64,000 bases of DNA from Vitrella brassicaformis CCMP3155 (Eukaryota; Protista; Chromerida): positions 62,001-126,000 of the forward strand of contig CDMY01000770.1 of NCBI GenBank assembly GCA_001179505.1, written 5' to 3'. The notes under the pieces were generated by a model. The model was not told the origin of the DNA. It saw nothing but the letters and a program-made list of their open reading frames with translations, and made no database searches. The position numbers were made by a program, and so were the translations under genes. Shown here piece after piece: positions 33,489 to 47,890 of the stretch. Position 1 is the first letter of the stretch. Each line of letters opens with the position of its first letter.

Positions 33489-36400
33489 ATGAAGATCGTC
33501 GTGCTCGCGTGCCTCCTCTCCGTGGCGGCCTATGCCCAGGGCGACCCCATCACCTTCAGTGACGAAGAGCTGAGCCGTGCCGTGAGCAACACGAGACTCT
33601 TCCTTCGTGGCCTCAGAGAGGCCCTCCAAGTTAGTGAGCTCCGGCGGCTCGAGACGCCCCTGAGTGATTTGAGGTGGCTGAAGGCTCCTGGCTGTCCGCC
33701 CAACCGAGGGCAGCCCAACTGCTGCGACGCCTTCACGAGAATGGAGGAGCTCTTCGACGATCAGACAATGCCTGAAGGCTGTACCGATGCCTTTGAATTG
33801 AACTCGACAACCCTGGACGAGACAAAACTCGTCAACGTCTGCGGAACTGACGGCTGCGTGGATGAGCTGCAGGAGGCTATCTACAACAAAACGAGAAAAA
33901 GAGGCGCGGGGTGCGCCTTCTATCGCTCCGTGCGTCGTCAGGTGGGCCGAAGAAAGAAGCAAGAGTTTCGATCTTATCCGTTGGCCCAATCGTTCAGTAT
34001 GACGCCATATGCAAGAAGGATGCGAACGACAACTACTGCTGGCCCGACCTCGATTACCATATTGAGCTGATCACGCGCTCTCTGAAGGGGGAGGCTGTGA
34101 TAAACGACACGAATCTCGACGACCTTTATGCCCGTGGTAAGTTCACCGGGCCGACATTTGTCTGCTGTATGATTGTCGCTGTTTTCACCCACAGGCAGCT
34201 GCTTCTACAGCAATCTCCGGTTTGTCAAGAAGCGCCTGACCGCCGAGTGGATAGCGAAAAACTGGCTGTCGAACATCCGAGCAATGAACTTCTTCCTGCC
34301 GCAGGTAGGTGGCATGATGTCATTCACGCATGGGGCTCGTTCGTGCTCACAACTTACTTCTTGGCCTGTCCATGTATATCTGCATATGATGTGCGTCGCA
34401 GCTGGCTGTCAAGATTGGCACTACCTACTGTTGGCCCAAGGCCGTCGAGATCCTCGCCCGTGGACCGGAAGGGATGCAAGAGGTGAGTTGAGGATCTGGT
34501 GCTGCCATGGATATGTATGTGTATGCCAGCCACACGCACGCAGACGAACATGTGTACATGTCTCTCTATCTCTCTCTCTCTCTCCCTCTGTGTGTGTGTG
34601 TGTGTGTGTGTGTGTTCCTCTGGTGCAACCGCCATGCATTCATTCGAGCAGTGGTTAAAGAAGAAAGTGAATCAGATGTGGACTGAGCCCGAGGACTTCT
34701 GCAGCGAGGCATGCAACCCCTATATGCTGCGCATTGTTGCGACTTTCGGGTGGCTGGCGGTCAGCCCGACAGATATCGACGACCTCGACGACCCGGACGA
34801 TTTTGTGGGGGAGCCTTCTGGCGACAGCCTGTGGGAGACCCTCAGCCCTGAGGGCAGAAAGTTTGCTGGTGTGGCACGCACAACAAGGTTCACATGCATG
34901 AAGAACGTCAATGGTACCTACTGCGGTGAGCCAATGAATCGGTGGGACATGTCTCCCTTACAAATATAATATATATAACTCACCTCGGCCTGTCCCTTTA
35001 TCTGGATATCAGGGAAAGCGATCCGCGAAGGCGGCGACCTTGGCGCAGTAAGCACAGACACACATTTTAGTTAAGCATACCTGCCGATTCGTTCCTCCCT
35101 TGCAGGACGACGATGATGTCACGTTCCCCACTGAAGCCGCCAGTGAAGCCCCGGTTAGCACGACAGGTAAGGCCGCAAATGACACACATATACACATGCG
35201 ACACATCGCAATGTCCTCTAGGCGCAGCTCCTGTTGACGGCATGTCCTCTAGCACCGAGGACATCACTCAGGGAGAAATCAGCACCAGCACCGAAGAGAT
35301 CTTTCAAGGGGTCAAAAGCACCACGGAGGATGTCAGCAGCGAGTCACCAGACCCCGACGACGACATGTCATCGACTACAGACTTCCCCTCGCCCTCTCCC
35401 TCGCCCTCCGGTGGTCGCCTGCTCGAGGCCCTCTACGATGAGTGGGCTGCTGATGACCCTGCCCTCCGCTCTCTCCTCAGGGTCGAAAGGGGAGAGCTCT
35501 GGGACTGGCTGCGGCGGGTGGCGAACGCCTCTGGTACAGGCGGACAACGAATGTAGAGAGGGAGAACGGGAGACGGTAGCTTGACATCACGTTGGTGTCT
35601 CCGTCTTGCAGAGTACTGCATGGACATCCGGCAGATGGTTGACGACTACGGCTGCTGCGGGGCTGCCTTCTTCGGTAAGTGCTACTAACCCCGCGGGGAC
35701 ACGTAGGCTGACACTCACATGCACGCTGACTGACGCAGAGTGGAAGGCCGACATGCTCCGCATCGGAGCCATCGACGGTGACGAGACACCCGCTGCACGG
35801 CGTCGGGAGGCAAGGTACATCAAGACTCAGCTCGCCGTCGCCCCAGCCATCTGCAACAGGCGCCTCGACAGGACATGCGCCGCGGGTCGAGCCCTCAAGT
35901 AAGGCACGGACACAACACGCAAAAAGACAACATCCGTTTACGCTGGTTGTACTGTGCAGACGGCTGAAGCGCCTGAAGGCAGTGGCAAAAATCGCGGGTT
36001 TCAATTGCGCTCAAGCGCGAGCAAAGCAGGAAAAATTCGACGACTTCATTTCCAAACTCGAAGAACAGCTGGTGACTAACGGACGGACCATTGCGCCCGT
36101 TTCCACGCCTGTCTCTCTCTCTTCCTCTGTCCCCTTCTCTGTGTTCTCTGTGGGTGTACTTGTTCGTGCAGATGGCCCTAGGTTTGGCGGAGACGGACTC
36201 GGACATCAGCATCACTATCTGTGACTACAATCCTGACCACGAGCTGGTCAAACAGACAGACAGATACACATACACACAGATGGATGGATGAGCTGTGTTG
36301 GAATGTATGTGTACAGGTGGACCTGGGCACAGGAAAGAAGCCGCCTCCAACCACGGCCCCGCCGGCCGGCGGCGGGGTGCCTTTGTCCCCGCCCAACCGA

Positions 36401-36956
36401 CTCCTCTCGGTATGTATGGAACATTCATGTCGGCAGTATTAGGGGGAGGGGGTGGAGGAGACACTGCATGAGAGCATCATATGCAGGAAGGGACTGACAT
36501 CGAGATATCCGTGGAGGGCAGCGACGATCTCGCCGACAACACCGAGGTCGCGATCCAGCAGCTCTACGAGTCAGGTCAGTAACAGGCACGGAGGCTGGCA
36601 GGCGGGCCCTCTCACCTACCGACCGAAATGGATATGTGGATGTGCAGGTGACTTGGCTGAGGCCATTGAGGCGGCCGCAGAAGGCAACGACATCTTCGAT
36701 GGCGTCCCGGAACTCCTTCAGCTCGAAGCAGTAAGTACTCAACCAAAGCACCACTCACAGTCTTGGCGTGTCTCCCTGCGTGTCCACTTTTGCGCAGACT
36801 ACCGAGACCGAAACACCCCCCGAGGCAGGGGAGGGCGGTGAGGAAAATGGCAATGGCAACGGCAATGGTGGCGACAACGGTGCGGCCCTCATGACCGCCG
36901 CCCCGGTGCCCATGATTTCCGTTCTGTGCATCGCGGCTATGAGTGCGTGGATGTGA
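33489..36956 (+). CDS. Cys-rich secreted, probably GPI-anchored surface protein (multi-exon)
   Basis: Signal MKIVVLACLLSVAAYAQG. Repeated Cys modules (CKKDANDNYCW, CMKNVNGTYCG, YCMDIRQMVDDYGCCG) are followed by an acidic Ser/Thr linker with three roughly 12-aa STE(D/E) repeats. The tail NGAALMTAAPVPMISVLCIAAMSAWM* looks like a GPI signal. Confidence 0.8.
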
Positions 36957-37645
36957 GCCGGAAGGCCGATAACAAGGACATATAGTAGCGTGCGATATAC
37001 TATATGTATATGACCTATACATAGTACATACATACATACGGAGGGCCGTCGATCATATGTATGTACATAATAGATAGGTATATAGATCTTGCTGTCTTCC
37101 TTGTTTGTTTCGTTGGTTGGTTGGTGTGGTCGTGCGCTGTTCTTTGGGTCTTAGCTGTCTGTCTTTTGGTCGGTTGGTTGATTCAGGCACCAGCACTGGT
37201 GGCTTTCTTCTCTGCTGTCTGGTGTCTGTTGCTCTCGCGGACAAGCATATTACGTACATATTCTATACACTGAACTGTACGTATCCTGCACGCCAACGAA
37301 TGGATGAAAGAAAGAATGAACGACAGCATCAAGTGTCTTCAGGGAAAGGGCGACAAAGAAGGCCATTTCTCGTGCTTCTTCTTGCAGCTGGTGTCGGTCG
37401 TTGCCAACGCGACAAAAAAGTACTGCTGCGAGTAGGTCCACTGCAGCAGGCCAATCGCGTCGCCCATGGAACGGCCGACACCAGCGGCAGATCGATCAAC
37501 GGAAACTCGTGTATCAGCCGACACACAGGTAGATAAAGGAAAGGGCAACCTGTCTTCCATCGCATGAAACCCGCCGCATCAGACCAGACTGTACAAGCAT
37601 CCACCCTCGCCACGCCCGCACAATAGAGGGAGTCGCACAGCCTCG

Positions 37646-38762
37646 CTAGTCGTCGCTCATGAGCATCGAAGGCCCCACCAGAGTGCCCTCCAGGGCCTTC
37701 GCCCTGCTCTGCTCCTCAATCAAAGCATCGGGGAAGAAATACGAATACCTTATTGACAAACACACACACACACACACACAGAGAGAGAGAGACAAGAGTG
37801 AAGCAGGTGAGCATGGAGATGGAGGGAACCCACCGTCTCTGTGAATGTGTGTGTGTGTGTATGTGTGGCGCCTTACTTGCACTCGTCTGGTTCTGGTGCT
37901 GGCCGATAGGCGAGGACCATGCCGCACTCCTTGCACACATACCTGGAGCCACGACAGGCGGACAGGTGCTCGTGCGAATGATTGCCTATGTGTGCGTCGT
38001 GGGCGCTGTGTGACACACACCTGTATTGAGTCTCGACGCCCGTCCCCCGCATGATCAGGACCTTGTCGCCCTCGTTCATGTAGCGCTTCACGAAGTACTC
38101 GGCCTCCTGCGCACATCCATCCAACATCGACCACGCCGTGCGGAATGTCTGCTGTCGCTCGGCTGCCGTGTTTGTGTGTTTACCTCGAGTGCCGCCGCTC
38201 CATCGGATGTGCGTGTCGGGAGGGAACTGAGGTCGGCGTCGGTCACCAGGGAATGCGTGCCGCAGACCTGCACACACCAGCTGAGTGGATGATGGACAGA
38301 GACTGGTGTCCTTAGTGTTCCCTACCTCGCAGTAATAAGTGCGCAGTTGCTTCTCTGTGCGCGTTATGTGGCTGTCCTCACTGGTGTAGTTCTGATATAT
38401 ACACACACACACACACACAGAGACAACAGACAGACATCAGCACACTCCGATGAGGCCGGCTGACAAGTGGCTTAGTGTGTGACTCACCAACAGCTGCATT
38501 TACAGAGAGGAACGAGCGAACGAAGCGATACAAACAACACACAGACAAGCAACGCACATTCCCCCATGCTGATGTTGTGATCTGTCTGTCTGTCTGTGCA
38601 CCTTACCTTGACTCTCTGCAGGTGCCTTTGTTCGATGGTTTCCTCAGCTTCCTCCTTCTGCCGTCGCCGAATGGCAGCCAAACTCTGACCGCTGGCCGGC
38701 TTCTGAGGCGGAGGCATCGTGGGAGGCACCTCCATCTCCGGACGACTCAACAGCGCCATCAC
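37646..38762 (-). CDS. STEEP1: STEEP1/CXorf56 (UPF0428) homolog
   Basis: Spliced QLRTYYCE-VCGTHSLVTDADLSSLPTRTSDGAAALE-...VLIMRGTGVETQYR-YVCKECGMVLAYRP...YFFPDAL matches the family pattern L.VYYC.CG...LP.R..D...G.E.QYR..C..CG..L.Y. Confidence 0.8.
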
Positions 38763-39003
38763 GCAGGCAACTTATCAGCAACGGACAGCACCACCGACAC
38801 TCACTGAGCTAAGATGACGCTCCCAATCCTCGTCAGCAGCGGTTTCAGGTCTGCGAGCTTAGCTCAAAAAAGCTCGCAAGTCGGAGAAGGGTGAAGGCAG
38901 CAGTTCAGGAGCCGCGCGTGAATCTCCAGTGCTGGCTGATCCGTCTGTGTGCCAGTGCGACCATCGGCATTGACGCATACGCAACTCAACGATCAAGTCA
39001 ACG

Positions 39004-40840
39004 ATGATGCATCGCGGCGCAGATCCGTATGACCCGTACAGCCACAGCGGGATGGCGCCGCAGTTCGACGGGCCTCTGGGCGGGATGGCTGCGGCAGCCG
39101 CACGGCAAGGCAGCACGCCGTCGATAGAGATCACCGAGATGAGCGACGAGGTCCTCAAGTTCACTCTCACCAACTGCCACGACTCGATGGCAAACGCACT
39201 CAGGAGAATCATGGTACGTTCTTCTCAGGGGAAGTGAAGTTCCCACCCGACGGTTGGTCATTGGTGTGTGTGTGTGTGTGTCGGGTGGTCAGTTGGCGGA
39301 TGTGCCCACGTTGGCCATCGACTTGGTGACGGTTGAGGAGAACGAGGGCGCGCTGCACGACGAGTACCTCGCGCACAGGCTGGGCCTGCTGCCCATCGAC
39401 TCGCGGCACGTCGCGGAGTACAGGAGGAGACAGGTACAGGCGCACGCACACTCACAGTCACACTCACACACGCTGTCCTGAATGTGACCATTGATTGCGT
39501 CTGACTGACTGTCTGCAGGAGTGCTCGTGTGCGGAGAGCTGCGTGCACTGCACTGTGCAGTATGACCTGGACATTACCAACTCGGGGGCCGACCAGCGGT
39601 GTGACGACAGCGGCGACCTGCCGGTCTACCATACGGACATACAGCCAGGGCAGGAGGGGGCTGACGTGCCCATGCCCGTCCAGCCAGGACAGGTAGGTAT
39701 GCCGGCGGGCAGGGCAGGGCAGACAGACACGCACCCATCCATTAGGCAGACGCCCCTCTCTGTGCGTGTGCGCTTCACAGGATGAGCACGGCGGCATCTT
39801 GTTGACCAAGCTGGCCAAGAACCAGCGGATCAAGCTGCACCTGACCGCCATCAAGGTAAGAAGTAGCAAACGAGATGCACACAAAGAAATGCCGGCCACA
39901 ACACGGCGGTATGTCATTCGTTGGCGCTGCAGGGTTCAGGTCGCGTGCACGCCAAGTGGATGCCCGTGCAGACAGCATGCTTCAGGGTGAGCCTGGGAGG
40001 GAGGGAGGGAAGGACGGGCCAAATCTCACCATGTAAACCTGCTGTGGTGTGTCCTGTCCTGTGTGTGTGCAGAGGGACCCGATCATCACTGTCGACCCAG
40101 ACCGTATGCAGGCCGCCCCTCTCGACCACAAACTCAGAATGTATGTCCACACATGCACTTGTCCAGGCAGACACCGCAGCCACACGTCCTCACACACCCT
40201 GTGTGCTGTGTGTCCCCCGCAGAGCGGCCGCATGCCCCACAAAGGTGTTTCGCGTCGACGAGGAACAAGGTGACGAAATGACTGACGGCAGAACCAAAAG
40301 ATAGTCTGGCTCTGTGCATTGCGAATGGTGTCTGTGCACCCTTGTTGACACACAGAGGAGGGCGGCACCTTTATCGTCGAGAAGCCCCAGCAGTGCATGT
40401 GAGCATCCGACCGACCAAGCATTAAATCGACCAGGAACGTGTAGACCAACGTGTGTTTCATGACACTCTCTCTGGTGTTCAGGTTCTGCGATGAGTGCAC
40501 CATGGCAGCCGAGGAGCTGGGTTACCGGGACCTGGTCGCCGCTCGGGAAGACCAGCACAAAGTCCACTTCACCATCGAGGTACGTAACACACGAACCACA
40601 CCACCACCACCACCACCACCACACTCGCGATGTCTTGCTGCCGTTCTGCAGAGCACGGGCGCGATGCCGGCGGTGATGATACTGAAGAAGGCGATGGAGA
40701 TACTGTCGGGCAAGGTCAACGAGCTGCGCGAGAAGCTCAAGGAGATCCAGATGGAGCAGGGCGGCGAGGGGGCCGAGGGCATGCGGGAGGGAATGGACCT
40801 CGACCACGACATCATACCTGACGAACTCATGCTGCCTTAG
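39004..40840 (+). CDS. RPB3: DNA-directed RNA polymerase II subunit RPB3
   Basis: PSIEITEM...[22 protein letters not shown]...[56 protein letters not shown] and HFTIESTGAMP. Confidence 0.95.
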
Positions 40841-41099
40841 ACACACACAGACAGGCAGACAGGCAGACGAGACGAAACGACTGTGTGTGTCGATGATGTC
40901 TGGGAGCCTCATGCGAGAGACAAACAAACGTCTTTATCTGTCTGTCTGATTCGTCGGCACACGTGGACACACACAGACAAACTGCCCTTTATCCGATGAC
41001 TCAGATCCTGCTGCCTGACCATCCGTCGCCACACCTACTTCCTCACTCTGTAGCACTCACTCACGCCCTCTACCAGGGTGCGGGTGAGAAGACAGTCAG

Positions 41100-41847
41100 T
41101 CAGTGCAATGGGTTGAGGACGGCCATGATGCCCATGAGCACCAGCAGCACACACCCTATGGCGATGACGGCGATGGGCATACCCTCGTCCTTCGTCTTGC
41201 TCTGCTCCTGCTGCTGGGACTCAGTGGCCTCCCTGGCCTCACTCTCGGTGAACGACGGGCGAACCAGAGACGTGATGCTCAGCTCGGCCGTGGCTAACAC
41301 ACACACACACACAGAGTGCCTGTCGGTCTGGGGCTTGAGGATGGCTGTGTACGTGATGGCATCGGGGCTTCTGATGCGGCAGACGGGCCGTCGAGCTGGA
41401 GCATGCGTTGTGGTGGCGGCTGTGGGCTGCCGCCCTTCTCGGACACTGCAAGCCGAAGCATAGGCATACGCATGGCAAACCTATTCTCTGCCTTGGCTGA
41501 CATGTTGGGAGTGGCTGTTGATACGCAGACTGAGGATGCCCGCCTGCACGGCCGACGCAGACACAAACACAGACACAAACCGGCCAATCACATCCAGGCA
41601 GACAGAGACACCCGCGCCTGCCCCACCGTGAGTTCTGCGGCGATGGCGGTGCCGCCTCCACATCAGCCGTCGCCCTCTCGTCCCACCCGCCCTGTGGGCT
41701 CCCCTCTCGCCCCTCTCGATTGACCGATGGTGTCTGTGGCTGGCCAGTGTGTGAGACAACAAAGCCATGTGGGCCAAGAACAGGCAAAGCTGCGGAAGAA
41801 GCTGCATGGAAGGGCTTGCTTGTGGATGGATGCTCGAGCAATGGCAA
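41100..41847 (-). CDS. Hypothetical tail-anchored membrane protein
   Basis: Low-complexity exons end in DEGMPIAVIAIGCVLLVLMGIMAVLNPLH*, a C-terminal TM segment. The internal splicing is less certain. Confidence 0.5.
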
Positions 41848-42084
41848 TTAAGGAAGGAGGTTTGGTCTATATCAATCAACGTACTCTCAAAGAGGTGGAC
41901 GAATGGAAGGATCACGGATGGGGGCCGGGTGGGGGGTGCATGCGACGTCCAGTCGCCCCGTTCTTGCTGCAGCCTCGCTTCCTCTCCGGCCTTACCACCG
42001 TGCCTCTTTGGGCTGAATTCCATCGGTTTCGATCTCTCCTTTACTTGCGAGCTCAGAGGAGAAAAGGAGCGCTTTCTCGCAGCG

Positions 42085-43927
42085 ATGTCGCAGCATTCAT
42101 CGTCCCCAGCCGCAGAGGGCCCTTCATCTCCGTCTTCATGCCTCTACCAGCATCAGCACTCCCGCCGTCACAAGCCGCGAGGCAACTTCCTCTCCGATGA
42201 CCAAACGCGCCGCACCAACGCAGCACTCGCACGCCAGGAGCGGGACCGCGCCGACCTGCTCGCCCAGATCCGACGCATAGCGTCAGAGAGCATCACGGAT
42301 GAGGCACCGGAGCAACACGCATACGCCGATGAGCAAACCGAGTGTGACGATGAGGAGCATGTGGATGTGGTCTATGAGGAGGGGAGGGGCGGCGAGGTCG
42401 GCATGGAGGAAGACGACGAACAAGAAAATGGCGATGAGTCTCACGCCGACATGGCTGTCGTCGAGGGAGAGGGAGGAGAGAAGAAGCATCAAGGGCCAAG
42501 TCGGCGGGCGAGGATGGCTGCCCGGCTGCAGGTGTTTCGGTTCTTCGCCGGGCAGCTGGTGCATCCCGACTGGCTGGTCTCCCCTCCCCCCGACCTCGCA
42601 CACAACTGGCTGGTGGCCGCGCGGCCCGAGGGCAACCGGATGCTGGTCATCTCGAAGCACGGCTGGGCGGTGGCCCGCAACAAGAACGGCCGGTTCCAGA
42701 TGAAGTTCCCCTGCCTGCTGCCGCCGCGTGGCGTGACGATAGTGGACGTGGCCTTTGCTGAGGCGACGCGGACCATGCATCTGCTGGACGTGCTGTGCTG
42801 GAACGACTGCCTGCTGATGGACTCCTCCACAGAGTGCAGACACTTCTTCCTCAAGTCGAGGTGGGTGGGGGGTGTGCGGTGCGGTGCGGGCAGGACAGGG
42901 CAGGGCGGGGCTCTGTGAGTGATGGACACAACTAACGAACTGGTGTCTGTGTGTGTGTGTGTGTGTGTGTTATAGGTATGAAGAGATGGAGTCTGAGCTT
43001 CGTGAGACGTCTGTCCATCACATGTGAGGGACGGGAGGGGAGTGCAGTCACACACCCACACCCACACCCACACCCACACCCACGCCCACGCAGATTCGCC
43101 GACACATATCACCGTGTATGTGGATGCGTGTGTGTGTGTGGATGTCAGGTATCCCATGGTGCTGGTGGACCTTCACGAGTGCACGCAGCAGCACCTCCTC
43201 AGACTCTACTACGAGTAAGCAACGCAACCAGCACGAATGAGTATGGCCATTTATATGTATGTTTTCCGTGCACTGCGCTGATCGTGTGTTTGTCGGTCAG
43301 GGATTTGGACTATCCGAAGGACTCCCTGCTGTTTGTCCACAAAGAGGCCCACTACGACCCTGGTACGCCACGCTACACTCGCACAACGTGCTCTGCATTC
43401 ATTCCACATGGGGGTGGTGTGCTGCGTGCCTGTTGGTGCTGACAGGTCTGAATCCCCTGTGGCTGCAGTGGCGTGACGCCCACCTGAGCAGGTTTGCCAT
43501 CGACACCACCGACCCCACGGGCAAGGACCACCCGCACAGAGAGGTCGGCACGCTGCAGCTCACCAAGAGGCACAACAAACTCAAGACCATGGGTGAGATG
43601 AGAAGCCGGCCGATATGGTCATCACATCACTGGAGGGCAACACAGGCCGGCAGAGAGACGATTTGTTGGACCCTCAGATGGGCGGATTGTCGGTGCGATT
43701 GACGACACCACCCGCAAGCAGCACCGCTTGAAGCCCGGCCAACTCGTCAAGTAAGCAACGGAGAGAGAGGACACACACACACACACACGTACGACCGAAT
43801 ACACCTGTGCTGCCAGGTGCGAGATGGACGGCATCGACATGGACACGATGGAGGTCCAAAACCTGATGCCCCTCGGTGAGCGACACACCACACCAATACA
43901 CACAAACCGACACAGCCAACCACACAC

Positions 43928-43958
<31 letters not shown>

Positions 43959-44133
43959 AGGTCGCGGCCCGAAGACCCGTCTCTACCCCGACTCGTTCAG
44001 CCGTCTGGTGGTGCAGGCCTTCATGCGCATGGACAGCCCCCCGATGGACTTCAACAGGATTCTCGACGCAATCGCACAGAGCCATGACCATGAGGATGGT
44101 GCTGGTGGTGGTCATGCTGACATGGATGTGTGA
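42085..44133 (+). CDS. SNUPN: Snurportin-1 (m3G-cap snRNP import adaptor)
   Basis: An IBB-like QTRRTNAALARQERDRADL is followed by the cap-binding domain FAGQLVHPDWL...PDLAHNWLVAARPEGNRMLVIS...LLDVLCWND...STECRHFFL.SR and DSLLFVHKEAHYDPG-LNPLWLQWRD. Confidence 0.9.
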
Positions 44134-44681
44134 GGGCCGTACGGGCGATAGGGTGGGATCCATGGGACCGGGCAGATGCATTGCCTGCATAGAAGTGGGT
44201 GGTGTTTATTTGGTATGCGGACGGACCGATGGCTGGTGTGGTGTGTTGGGGATGGATTCATGTGAACGAGTCGACAGAGGCCTTGATGGTGAGACATATG
44301 AGCCGCGTTCAAGAGCGTCACAGCCAGCAAGGCGAGCGAGGATGGCAGACCGGGGGCGCTTGGGGCGCGATAGAGGGCTGGGTGTCAGTGAATGTTACCC
44401 ACTGGCAGCCACATACATATTCTTTGTGTCCTCATCCAGTCGATAAATCAAGCACGTCTCTCTGTCAGCCGACAAGCAGTCGAATGATCTCCCTGGGGGC
44501 CTCAGCGAAACCTGCAGTGTCATCCCCTGCCGTAGGACAGAACTGCGCCTGTGCGGCAGCACTAACCGGCGGCAAGACACGACCAGGCAGCTTTCGTGGA
44601 AGGCCTTCTGGTGGGGAAATGAATCCATCCGCTGATCCATCCACACGTCACAGCATCTTCCTCTGTTGGTTCCTTGGATGA

Positions 44682-47600
44682 TCATGTAGCGGCGGCCTGT
44701 CCGGCCTCCTCCTGAGCCTTCTTGCGCTTCCACGCACGGGCGACCTCGAGGATCCGCATGTTCTGATAGGTGGACGGATGGATGGATGGAAGCAACAGAC
44801 CAACGTTGGCACACTGTTACGGTGCAGACGGGCTGTGTGTGCGTACCGCGGCTGACGAGTCGTCTTCGGGGAAGATGTAGGAGATGTACTCCTCGTAACC
44901 CTGCGCAGTGCTGCACACAGGGGAGGGGAGTGGAAGCGTGTCGGTCTGTGTGCCTTGTTCGTCTCCCCTCCCTCCCTCCCTCCATTGTGTGTCTCACTCA
45001 CCCGTCGTCAGCGACGATGTTTCTTTTCTTGCGGACCTTCTTGGGCTGCTTCCGGAACACCTCATCCACCATCTTGGCGTCGCCATTCTCACGCTCCAGC
45101 GACAGCCAGTGCTACACACACATACACACATACACACACACACACAGTGTTGGCGGAGGTAGACGTACGTACCTCTAGCAGCATGGCCCGCTCCTCGTCG
45201 AGCTGGTTGTCTCTGCAGTGCTCGAGGCCCTTCTGGATGACCTGACGGGCCTTCTCCATGGAACCAGCGTGACGATACTCAAACTCAGAGTAGCCACGGT
45301 ACACCTGCAGACACACATTACACATGAGGGGGCGGGGCAGATGGCCTTGCTGCCTGAAGGAATGGATGGACAGATGGAGGCGTTGCTGGCTGGCTGACCT
45401 ACCTTGAAGTGCTGCGTCTTCTCGAGGAGCTGCTCGTACAGCCGCCTGGCGCGCTCCAGCTCGCCGAGGGTGGTCTCCATGTCGATGTAGCACTTCCACA
45501 CCTACACCCACACCCACACACATACATGGTATTGCACTCTGCCTGTCGATCTGTGTGTGTGGAGACATGAGGTACCAGCTCAGGTCTGTCCATGACTTCC
45601 TGTCTGATGGCGAGCTCGCACAGCCCCCTGGCACGATCGTGCTCCTCGGCCGCCGTCTCGAGCTCCACAAAGGCCGTCCACGCCTAAACCCACACACACA
45701 CACACACACACATTTGAGGAAGGAAGTACACTTCTGTCCCCCTCTCTCTGTGTGGAGACTCTGTGCGGCGTGTGCCTGCCTGCCTACCTTCGGATTGTGC
45801 GGCTGCATCGAGACGAACTGAGCGTAGATCTTGCGGCAGCGGTCGATGTTGCCCAGCTGGAGCTCCAAAGCGGCGTACCTGACGCAGCGAAGGAAGGAGC
45901 CCACAAAGAGCTTTCAACGCACCGTGACATGAACATGCGTATACTGGCGTATGTGCGTGTGCACGGCTCACTCACTTCTCGAATATTTTCTCCTTGCCGC
46001 ACCGCGCGATGGCCTCGCCGTAGATCTTGCGGGCCCTGTCGATGTTCAGCTGACGCACCTACACACACACATATCAGTGCACCGCAGCTCGTTGTGTCCC
46101 CTGGACGAGTGGCAAAGTCTCTCTTGCCCACTTCAAACTCAGCGAAAAGGGTCCACAGCTTGGCGAATGAGAACGACTGGTGCGGCACCAGGTCGAGCGC
46201 CTTGCGGTACACCTGACGCGCCTTCTCCATGTCGCCTTATCACACGCACACACACACACACACACACATGCATGGATTGTGTCTATGGTCGTCTTGTCTG
46301 TCTGTGTCTCCCTCCCACCGCACCGGTCTGCATCTCCTCGAAGAGGGCGTAGTAGAGCCAGAGGTAGATGTACCTTTTCCAGAACCGCTTCTCGGGGGCA
46401 GGGGGCAGGTTGGCGACTGCGCGCTCGTACACCTCTCGGATGCGCTCCACGTCGCCCGCCGACTCCTCCAGCCTGACGTAGTCGAACCAGTTGTCGTAGT
46501 TACGGGGGTTCTTCTTGATCGCCTTGTCAACGAAACACACACACACACGTGTGGCTGGCTGTGCCCACAACCATCCCTCTGTGTGTGTTGTGTGGTTACG
46601 TCTTCGTAGACGAATCTCCGTTTCTCGAGTATGGTCTCCTCTATGGCGTTCTTGGCGCCGTGCTGCTTCTGGAAGGCCACGTACGAGCGGTACAGCTCCT
46701 CTGACTCGCCCTTGGGCAGAATGTTCAGCGCCTGCTTGTAGATCATCGTCGCACTGCAACCACACACACACAGACAGAGAGGGGCGGCGTGTGGCGGGGC
46801 GTGTGGCAAGGTGCGGCGCGCTGGCGTGGCTGCATTTTCTCTTCGGTACCGTTCGTTCTCCCGGCGTCTGTGTTCGAACTGGGCGAACTTGATGTAGAAC
46901 TGCTCGCCGAGCGCATCGTCGCCCAGGATCTCAATCTACACCACAAACAACACAACACCGGCCGCACACACACATGTGCCTTGCACCTCTCTGTGATGTG
47001 CAGGTGTGTGAGATAGATGTGGTGTGGTGTGGTGTGGTGTGGGGCCGCTTACGGCCTTCTCGAACCCCGCCCGAGCCCTGTCGTAGTTGCGGTGTTTCTC
47101 CTCGAACTTGCACAGCTTCAGAAACGACGCCTCGCTAGGGCGGTTCGACAAGAAACTACACACACACACACACACACGGAGAGAGGGAGGGGATGCCTTA
47201 TTGTGCGGCTGGTGTGGTGGCTCTGCTCACTTTTCGAAGATGCGTCTGCATCTTTCGATCTCGCCGCACCGCTCCTCGAACTTGATGTAGAGCATCCAAC
47301 CTACACACAACACACACACATACACAGAGGGGTCGATCACATCCCTCCGTCGTGGCTGGCACCTCTCTCTGTGAGAGTCGGGGTGTCATGACTGACTGAC
47401 TGGCTGACCTTTACCTTTTTCATCAGGGTTCCACTCCATCCAGCGGTCGTAGATGGTGCGTGCGCCGGCATAGTTGCCCAGCAGCTCCTCCATGTGAGCG
47501 TACTTGAACCTAACACCCACACACATATGCCCGACCGTCATCTCGCACCTCGTGTGTGTGCGTGTGTGCGCCTGTGTGTGTGCCCACCCACTTACCAGAA

Positions 47601-47695
47601 CTGGTCTTCCCTGGGCAGCAGGTTCGTCACGCGATCGTAGAGGTTGCGGGCCTGAGCGAAACCCACAAAGACGCACGCACAGACCAGTATGTGTC

Positions 47696-47727
<32 letters not shown>

Positions 47728-47839
47728 ACCGAGTTGATGAATTTGTTCTTGGTTTCCATCTCGATGTACTTGACCCACAGGCCCACATTCGTATACTCGA
47801 CGTTCAGCGCACGCTCGAACACCGAACGGGCACTGCACA

Positions 47840-47890
<51 letters not shown>

